Assembly: GCF_001194135.2 (NCBI RefSeq)
Contig: NC_068984.1
Span: 16,904,260 to 16,943,852 of the forward strand
Source of the DNA: Octopus bimaculoides
Taxonomy: Eukaryota
Reading direction: 5' to 3'
Length of the DNA stretch: 39,593 nucleotides
In this document: piece by piece, positions 30,776 through 39,593 of the stretch
How the letters are laid out: every line of letters starts with the position of its first letter
Position numbering within the stretch: the stretch's first letter is position 1
Translations under genes and position numbers: made by a program
Notes under the pieces: model-generated
The model's input: only the letters and a program-made list of their open reading frames with translations
Told to the model about the DNA's origin: nothing
Databases searched by the model: none

Positions 30776-31569
30776 TTATTTTCTGAAGGCTTCAACTTTT
30801 GAAAGTGGAAAGTGAATGTCAACCGCATCAATGTAACGAGTTTGCAAGATTGTTAAATTGACTCTAGTGATTCATGGACTCTACCTCTTACCTCTCCGAC
30901 TAATGAATAACAAGAAAAAAGAAAAAAAAATCATTATTTTATCTGTCTCCATGAAAGAGAGAGAGAGAGAGGGAGCAAGTGTATGGGTGTTAATTGTATG
31001 CTTGACATAAATTTAGGTATAACATTTGGTTCTTTGAGACAGTAATGAACCTTACTTACATTTTCCTCATCAAAAATAAATAAGTATAATTTTCTCCCAA
31101 AAGGCAGTTGTAGAAGGAAGAAAGGAGAGCAGGAAAGAATTAATAGATTTTACTGCCAGAAAAATGGACGGAGGACGTGTGTTAGCACTCCTACCCGTCT
31201 CATTTACCCAGTCATAATTGTATTGAACTATGTTGATCCACAACGAACATCTGTGTGTGTGAGAAAAAAAATAATAATTGCCAACAGAAAATATACACAG
31301 AAATTTTGTACCAAAATAAGTAATCTCTTACATACCTTGTTTATAATCCATTGGATCAATCTCAGCAAATACTTCATATACTGGTCATATCAGTTCCGGC
31401 ATGATTCCACATAAAAAAAAAAAACTACAGATTTCACACACAGTTAACATGCAGTTTACTGTTGTAAAATAGTAAAAGTAAAGTGTTCTTAGAAAATGAA
31501 ATATTTCTACGATACAAGCCGAAAGTGACAACAGAGATATCCTGTAATTTCGTATAAATAGTATGTCAG

Positions 31570-32880
31570 GTCAATGTTGACAGTTCTATTCACAAATAAT
31601 CTCTGACAGGCTTGCATGTGGGCTACAAGGCCTGCTGCAAGTGAAGTTACTTGGTGCAATGAGTACATGACACCTTTCATATTTTCCTTGTTCTCTTCAC
31701 TGGTGGCTGGAATTACGAACTTCAGCAATTGGTGCCATTCTTTGCACAGCAGAGCCTTCTCCTCCAAGGTGTTTGAGGAGGTGCCGGAATTCTTCATGTC
31801 TTTTCAGCACATCCCTGTATCATAACCTTTGGCCACCACGGCTCCTCCTGCCCTGACACAGTTCAATGTAGAAAACTGCCTTCGGGAGCCAGCTGCCCTC
31901 CATCCTGCAAACATGTCTCACTCAGCACAACAGCAATGACTAACTGTATCAGTGCGGTGCACAACCTCTACATCAGGAATACAATCCCACCATCTGATAG
32001 GCAAGATGGGATGCAGATGACGAAAATGGACTTGTGTCAGAGCTATGATGTGCCTATATTCCCTGGCGTGGAGGAGACAAGGGAACACAGTACACCTTTA
32101 TTGAAGGCAATGTCATGGCAGCTCTGTAGACACTTCTCGAGAGAACCAAAAGCCTTTCTGGCCGAGTGTATTTGCCTCTCAACTTTGAGGTCTGAAGAAT
32201 TAGTACAAGCCATTGTGCTGCCGAGAGAGATAAAGACTTTCGCATACTGTCACTGCCTCGGGCTCTCTCAATCTGTTAGGACATCTTGATGGAGGCTTGT
32301 AGAGCAGCTCAGACTTTGAAGTTTTGATCTTAAGACCAAACGTGTTTGCTGCTCAAGAAAACTGGTCCACAATGCATTGTGTGTCCTCAAAGCTGCTGGC
32401 CATGCATGCTGAGTCGTCAGCATAGAGCAGCTCCCTGATTTTGGTGGAGGAACGAAGAGAGGTCAAGTTAAAAAGCTTCCCATCTGTTTTGGTGCAGACA
32501 GTTCTACGTTGCTACAATCATCTTCATTTTCTTTCAATTTCTGCCATTGAAGTCCTGCTGGCTGCGGTCTTGTTCTGAGCATGCATTCTTTAGCCCACCT
32601 TTTCTAGGGGCTTCCACTTCTGGGACAGGCAGGGCTGCATTAGAACTATAGGACAGTCATACTACTGCCTTAGCACTGACTGCACCCATTGGGAGCAAGC
32701 GACCTGTGTGCAGGGCTTTTGCAAGCAGCTACTACTGTTACATTCACTCCATCGCCATAAGTCTTCCCACTTCTCTGAACAAAACACCTTGGACAGTGAG
32801 TAAGGTATTTGTCACCCCCACCCCAGGCTAACTCTCTAGGCCTCCATAATAGATACCACGTGGTGTGCAACAGTACAACA
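31570..32880 (-). pseudogene. Internally deleted RTE-BovB-like LINE
   Basis: KTDGKLFNLTSLRSSTKIRELLYADDS (YADD at 32413-32424)...FGLKIKTSKSELLYKP, then RHVCRMEGSWLPKAVFYIELCQGRRSRGGQRL*YRDVLKRH and ACQRLF. Upstream is MKMIVAT*N, resembling an endonuclease start, and a putative 5' UTR. Confidence 0.85.
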
Positions 32881-32899
32881 CGAACATCAAAATTTACCA

Positions 32900-33075
32900 A
32901 TATTCTTTTGTTTCAGTCATTTCACTGCAATCATGCTGGAGCACTGCCTTTAGTCAAACAAATTGACCCCAGGACTTACTGTGTCAGTTTCTTTTACCAA
33001 ACCACTAAGTTACGGGGACGTAAACACACCAACATTGGATGTCAAGCGATGGTGGGGGGACAAATAGACACATAC
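32900..33075 (-). mobile_element. SINE family A 3' fragment
   Basis: TTGTTTCAGTCATTT...CATGCTGGAGCAC...GTCAAGCGATGGTGGGGG. Confidence 0.8.
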
Positions 33076-33076
33076 A

Positions 33077-34690
33077 GTGGGATGAATGGTTGCTCTTAAA
33101 TACAAAGACCCTCCTTGGTGAAGAATATATCTCCCAGCATAGACTAGTCATCAGTAACTTTAGACTCGAGGCCAGAAGGATGCCAAAGAGCAGACCAATC
33201 CAGAAAAGGATTTGGAAGCTTAAGAACCCTTCACATGGTCAGAGATTTAGAGACATCATCACTGAGAAATTTGATGAGGGAGGAGGAGCTACAGACTTGT
33301 GACATAGCGGGAAACTGGAAATTCCTGTGTGACAACTTACTGAGCACCACAGACTGAGTCTGCGGTTGGTGCAAAGTCCCTTCCAGACCTAGAGTAACAT
33401 GGTGGTGAAATAATACTGTAGACAGGGCCATTAGAGCAAAGAAACAGGCCTGGAAAACCTGGAAGAGTGGGGGTAGCAGGGAACTGTATCCAATAGCTAG
33501 AAGGGAGGCTAGGAGACAGGTATATATAGACAAGGGAGAAGCAGAAAAGACGTTTGCCAATGTTCAACGACATGAGAACCAAAGAACCGAAATATTTCGG
33601 ATTGCAATGTCACAGGAGAGAAATGTATCCACATGGATGATAGTTCACTTGCATTTAATGATTCTGCAAAGAAAGAGGCTTGGAAATGCCATTATGAAAG
33701 ACTGCTGAATGTGGATAATGAATGGGAGGACGAGAGCCTGCCAAATGTTGACCCAGTTAAGGGACCAACTACCCGAATCAATAGCACCCTAGTAGATAAA
33801 GCAATTAGGGCTCCCAACCCATCGGGAATCATTACTGAGATGCTTCTGCTACAAAGGTAAAGGTGATGCCTTAGATAGAAATAACTACAGGGGTATCAAA
33901 TTGCTGGATCAGGTGATGACAGTCACAGAGAGGGTCATAGCCCAACTAATTAGGGAGAGAGTTAATCTAGATGAGACGCAGTTCGGTTTTGTGCCAGGTA
34001 GAACCAGCACTGATGCTACATTCCTGGTAAGGCAACTGCAGAATTGTGTGAAGAAGTGTCACATCCTAACAGAGAGGGAGACCCAGGAAGGAGGTGAAGC
34101 ACAACCTTCGAACGTTCGGCCTCACAAAGGCAATGACAAGAGATGGAGACCCATGGAGATATGCTGTGATTGAGAAGACCTGGCAAGTAGAATGAGATCA
34201 CAGCCATAGCCTACACCAGTGTCGTATAACCAACCCAATTTAAAAGTACCCTTGAATCATTGGGCGATATGCTGTTCTTGAAAAGACTTATTGAGTCAAG
34301 TAAAATCAAAAGCAAATCAAGATCAAAATCAAATTGTAGTTGTGGCACATAAGCACTGTCAAGCGCGAATCGATGCCAGTGCCATCTGACTTGCTCCCTG
34401 TGCTGGTGGCACATAAAAAGACCATCTGTATGTGGTCGATGCCAGTCTCTCAGACTGGCGCCTGTGCTCGTGGAACATAAAAAGCACAATTCAAATATTG
34501 TCAATGCCAGTGCCGCCTGACTAGCTCTCATACCAGTGGAATGTAAAAAGCACCAACTATACTCTCGGAGTGGTTGGAATTAAGGAGGACATCCAGCTGT
34601 AGAAACTCTGCCAAATCAGATTGGAGCCTGGCACAGCCTCCAGTCAAACCGCCCAACTCATGCCGGCATGGAAAACGGACATCCCGATGC
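33077..34690 (+). pseudogene. 5'-truncated, internally deleted RTE LINE with 3' tail
   Basis: GEEYISQHRLVIS...WKLK, AWKCHYERLLN, YRGIKLLDQVM, QFGFVPGRTSTDATFLVRQLQ fused directly to NCVKKCH (C-terminus), then the modular tail. Confidence 0.88.
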
Positions 34691-37539
34691 ACGCACGCTT
34701 GTCAGTAGACCAGCCAGCACCCCACCGCCATGTACAAATACCATTCAAATGGCACAAATTATGATTATAAAGACATTTCTAGAGAAAATGTTTTCCGAAG
34801 AGGACTGTCGGAAAATTCACACAATCCATTTTTGCCCCGCCTCATAAATTTCAGGAAAATGGATATCTTTTAATTTCAAATTTTTTAATGAAAAACTTCA
34901 AAATTGGTCCACACCCCATCCTGCTGTCTAAAAGTGAAAATGAACGGTGGTGTGGATCAATTTTGAAATTTTTCACAAAAAATTTGTTCCCCTCCCATTC
35001 TTAATCTCCATATTTTTCTGCAGAGATCAAAAAANNNNNNNNNNNNNNNNNNNNNNNNNNNNNNNNNNNNNNNNNNNNNNNNNNNNNNNNNNNNNNNNNN
35101 NNNNNNNNNNNNNNNNNNNNNNNNNNNNNNNNNNNNNNNNNNNNNNNNNNNNNNNNNNNNNNNNNNNNNNNNNNNNNNNNNNNNNNNNNNNNNNNNNNNN
35201 NNNNNNNNNNNNNNNNNNNNNNNNNNNNNNNNNNNNTTTATAAAGCACATGCTTTTGTTTATGTTTCTGAAAAAGATTGTCACTTTCCATAAATCTTTTT
35301 TTTTTTTTTACTTACGTTGGGGATAAGGGAACTTCTCTTGAAGTCAGTGTAAAGTGAAAGAGACAGAGAGAGAGAGAGAGAGAGAAAGAAAGAGAGAAAG
35401 AGAGAGAAAGAGAGCAATTGTGTGTGTGTGTTGATGGGGTGTGCAAGACAAGTGTGGTGTGTATGTGAAGGTGTTTTGCTGGTGTGTGTGATTGACAGAG
35501 AAAAAGAGAGGTTGTTATGCATGTATGTGTGAATGGCTAGCTTCAGTCACACACACACACAAACATATTGTACACCTATTGCATACATGTTCATGAGAGA
35601 GAGAGAGATAGAGAGAGAGAGAGAAAGAAAGAGAGAGAGGGGGGTATGCTTTCTGTTTTTGCATGTATGCTTATGTAATGGCCTGCTATGAGGTTGACTC
35701 AATGGAATAATGACAGTAGTCGAAGTTATAGACAAAATATTTTTATTAAACCGTTACATATAAACATATCAACAATCGCAGAGTATATCTGTACAAGAAG
35801 GAGTGTGCCTTCTCGACTGCTACTGCGCAGCCTTAAATTTCTACTTGTCCTGTTTTCATCATTCTGACATCATGCAAGGGACCGATAAAGTTATGTCTGT
35901 TGATGGAACGATGGTGAAATAGTAAGAGAAAAATGGGAGAGTTATAAAGTGAGGAGGAGATATCCTTCTCGTGAGAAAAGTATTGCATGCAAAAGAAAAA
36001 AAAAGCCTATAGACGTGTACAGAAACTGGGTGCAAGCATGCATATATGCATGTGCAAACATTGTGTTGTGCAGCAAAAGGAATGAAAAGCACAAAATGAG
36101 TCAAAAAAAGTGACGAAACCTGGTTGGTAATAGTGTCCTGTGAAAGGTCTATGCTGAAAAGTGAGAAAAAGGTTAGTTCTTTTGGTTGGATAGCTGTTCT
36201 AAATGTTGCATTTATGCATGCCAACTGTCTCTCTGGTGGATCTGTGCATCGTGCTGCAGTACACTGGCAAGTGGAAAGTAATTGGTGGGAGTCCACTGAG
36301 TCGGCGATTTCCCTCCTTTTGTGTTGTGTGACAATGGAATTGAAAACTGTTGTGAAGGTTCGTGTCATGTAATTCTTGTTGATGTAACTGGCATGGACTG
36401 TGATTGTCTTCACGAGGTCAAGCGATACAGCGAAACGACGTGCAATGCAGAAGCAGAAAGTGTTTGAAGTTGAGCCCACCAAATGTAATCGATAAGGCAA
36501 CGAAGACTGCAATCCTGTAGCTCGAGGGTCAGCAATTGTGGCAGGGTGGTTGTTGTGTTCGAATCACATTTGAGGTAACCAATTGCATCGTTGTGGTTGA
36601 TGTATTCTAATAACATCGGTCGGTCACCAATTGTTGTCGTAGCAGTCTTGCGGTGTACCATGTAATGACAAAAACTTTGCTTGCTGGTTGTAGTCGACAG
36701 TGAGATGTGTTGTCAGTAGAGAGAGAAAGAATAGGTAATGCTCAATGCTGACAATAGAGAATGTAAAGGTAGCATTGTCACTTCTTGATTTCGGCCGATT
36801 ATAGAAAAAGAGGTATACCACCATGATTGCTGTTTTGTGTGGTGTCCGTGTAGACATGGAAAGGTTTTAAGTCAAATGGAAAACACATCAATTGACTTAG
36901 CAAAGCCATGTAATGAAAGTGACTCAAAGAAGAATGCAGTTGATTCGTTAGCAGAAATTTACTGATTTAAATTCGCATTTACTCTATGTCCAAATGAAGT
37001 CACTACGTATGTAGAAGTAGCTGGAGTCCGTTCTGAAGTAGGTAGAGTTTAGAATTCGTTCCAACCATTTCTCTTATTTCTGTAAAATCCAGGTTGGCAT
37101 GCACTTTTGTTTTGAAAACAGTGGATGCAAATTTCAGAGAAGAAAATGGAAATGTTATTGTGTGTGGTAGCAATTTTTTTTTTTTTAAATTTGGTTCAAA
37201 CTCTTGGTGTAATGATTACCAACTCAAAAGCAAAAAGAAAAAAAAAAAGAAAAGAAACGTTTGACCAAATTTTGCTTGCACGGGTTATTTCCATGTGTAG
37301 AAGACAATTTTGTAAAGTAATTTTTAAAATATACAAGTTACAAGATCTGAAAGGTGCATGGAGAAAAGAAAGAAATGCAAATTACTACAATACAAAAGAA
37401 ATAAATATAAAATTATGCAGATTTCCATGAATTTGAGGATAAATCAAACAACAGAACACATTTTTGAAATCATACAGGATAATACTAATACATTTTATGA
37501 AGCACATAAAAATATTACTGCTGTTGTAATGTCACCAAC

Positions 37540-37990
37540 AAAATTCCTGCAAGTATGTTGGAAACAAATTATCGGACGTTCCATGCATCCTCCGATAATT
37601 TGATTTCACCTGACTCCACATCTCTTTCATTGGTGTTTGTTGAGATCCACAAAGGTGACACTGTCGTTGACAGTGGAATGGTGTGGCAGGTTATTGTATG
37701 CGCTCCAGGAATCTGTGATTATCATAGTTCCTGGCAAAACTGCACTTGTTTTCTGCAGGAACTAAGACACATCTCACACTGTCTCGTTCAACCATTCCAA
37801 GAACCTAATGCCCTTGTCAATAACAACCGCGCTATTTCCTGTCCATGAACTTGGATTCGTCAATTTCTACATCTTCAAGTTGTATAGGGTGGTCAAAGCA
37901 CCACATAGCACAAACATCGTGGAAGTAATTGTACCAGTTAACAATGGTTTCTGATGTAATTTGAACTTCACTCACCACAACACTGTTTGC
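37540..37990 (-). pseudogene. Merlin/IS1595-like DDE transposase relic 1
   Basis: ETIVNWYNYFHDVC...VEIDESKF...VLGMVERDS...VLPGTMIITDSWSAYNNL...TVNDSVTFVD...EMWSQVKSNYRRMHGTS, with stops and frameshifts. Not in the ORF track. Confidence 0.82.
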
Positions 37991-38154
37991 ATTCTATTTT
38001 GGCCCAGTAATACATCAACTCTAGGAGAAGGGTCAACAGTAGGCGTGCATCTGAGTCTTGCCTAATGCTACAAAATCGACTGCTAACAGTACACCTCCAC
38101 ATTTTCCCCGTCGGGTTGTATTGGCAAGACTTCAATTTGTACCCCACTAGAAAT

Positions 38155-38620
38155 GGTTTGACCCAGGCAAGAAAACAAAAGAAAAATAGCGCAATAGCTG
38201 TAAAACAGCTTGCTCTAAACGAATATAGGGAAAAAAAAAAAAACGCGCGCTCGCGAACAGGGGTGGGGGAGAGGACTCGGAAAATTCACATTGTCAGTCC
38301 ATGGCCTCTAAACTAGTGTTTGACCCGAGCCAAAAAACAAAAAAAGTGCAATGGGTGTAAAAGTACTTGCTCTAAANNNNNNNNNNNNNNNNNNNNNNNN
38401 NNNNNNNNNNNNNNNNNNNNNNNNNNNNNNNNNNNNNNNNNNNNNNNNNNNNNNNNNNNNNNNNNNNNNNNNNNNNNNNNNNNNNNNNNNNNNNNNNNNN
38501 NNNNNNNNNNNNNNNNNNNNNNNNNNNNNNNNNNNNNNNNNNNNNNNNNNNNNNNNNNNNNNNNNNNNNNNNNNNNNNNNNNNNNNNNNGCGCTCGTGAA
38601 CGGGAGCCCATGGCCTTAAA
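38155..38620. repeat. Imperfect ~160-bp-period direct repeats between the two Merlin relics
   Basis: TTTGACCC...GCAAT.G.TGTAAAA...CTTGCTCTAAA at about 38157 and about 38319; GCGCTCG.GAAC...CCATGGCC at about 38248 and about 38590. Confidence 0.65.
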
Positions 38621-38659
38621 CAAGCCCAAGTGCCTTCAATTTGTTGCGTGTTATCTAAC

Positions 38660-39300
38660 GAGTTAAACTCGACACTGTGGTTCGCCGTTCTATGTTGAAA
38701 GCTGTACCCCTCGATCTCCGGAATATGAGAATACGCCCTCTACAGGTCACTAAATATTGTGGTACCTGGCAGGACGGAGTGGCGGATACATTCTTCAAGT
38801 GTTTCATGACAAAGCATATAGAAACACTTGTCTGGTCTCGCAACCTTCCTCGATCATACTTTCTCCTAGAGAAGACTGTCTTGTCTATCTCGACAATCTT
38901 CCCAGGACCACCTATTTGAACTGGGCTCATGAGCAAGTCATGTGTGCATACTTCTCGCACATAATTGTTATAATCCACAGCTGTATTGGGGCTCATCCGC
39001 AGTTCTTCTACACAATAACGGACTGTAGTCAGTTCCTTGACCCAAGAGTACAAGAAAAGGACTACAGTCCGCAGAGGAAGTGTGCTACCTTCCAGTCAAG
39101 TTTCCTTTCTAATGGAAACTTTAACAGAACAACCTCTGACAGTACACCGCCACATAATGTGATTACTTAAGGATTTTTTCGCCATTAAGTGCCCATTTAC
39201 ACATTTTTTTTGTTGCCGGTATGACACCCTCCTCTGTTAAGTACTCCACCGCATCCTCTTCCGTTTTTAATAAGCTATACAACTCGCCTAGACTAGCCAT
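38660..39300 (-). pseudogene. Merlin/IS1595-like DDE transposase relic 2
   Basis: MASLGELYSLLKTEEDAVEYL, a Cys-rich WRCTVRGC..SIRK segment, IGGPGKIVEIDKTVFSRRKYDRGR, then in another frame VLPGTTIFSDL*RAY...TANHSVEF. Confidence 0.85.
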
Positions 39301-39593
39301 TTTCACAAAGTAATATAAAATATAAACAATTAAACACAAACAAACAAAATAAAATGAAAAAATAAGCAACAGAATATGAACAAATAGCAATTAAATTATA
39401 CAACGAACAAAATAAAATGAAAAAATAAGCAACACGTGTTTACGAATATTCTAGATCATAGGAAATGTCAGAACTAATAGGGATTAATACCATATACACC
39501 GCCACAGCAGTAACTGTATTCAACTGAATAGAAGTCAGTGATTGGTTGAAATTATTGAAATAAGACAATTTTTTACATGAAATAACTGAGTAT

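Larger units (their letters stand above)
6268..38589. other. Assembly gaps
   Basis: N runs at 6268-6848, 7876-8200, 12881-12890, 23633-23995, 24913-24990, 35035-35236 and 38377-38589; several abut (TA)n. Confidence 0.98.

Noticed and set aside
6206-38629. Long ORFs made of X, or of YIYI / HTHT / RERE runs
   Set aside because: They read through N gaps or microsatellites.
39343-39434. Identical 29-bp direct repeat upstream of Merlin relic 2
   Set aside because: A-rich low-complexity local duplication; not a TIR or a credible TSD.

Overview
AT-rich, repeat-dense animal genomic DNA with seven N gaps. It is very probably octopus, judged from SINE/RTE repeat families recalled from memory, not searched. 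One protein-coding gene is supported: a CFAP20DC (C3orf67) orthologue on the minus strand. I reconstructed 15 coding exons by eye (25426 down to about 326, about 789 codons). All junctions are GT-AG and phase-consistent, and the 3' end lies outside the window. The N-terminal CFAP20/DUF667 domain is recognisable, followed by a long S/N/K-rich tail with a few conserved motifs. A CpG-rich candidate promoter lies at about 28.6-28.9 kb. The rest is transposon relics: RTE-clade LINE pieces (two internally deleted), many RTE 3' tails, about four tRNA-derived SINE families, several MITEs, a Helentron-like insert and two degenerate Merlin/IS1595-like transposases. No prokaryotic features, CRISPR, rRNA or true tRNA genes were seen. 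I do not see a convincing new biological system. The best leads are an unexplained ~330-bp structured repeat pair in adjacent introns, a spacerless palindrome near the promoter, internally deleted RTEs, a modular RTE 3' UTR and inverted repeats bracketing exons. Exon coordinates are counted to the base; repeat boundaries are approximate.
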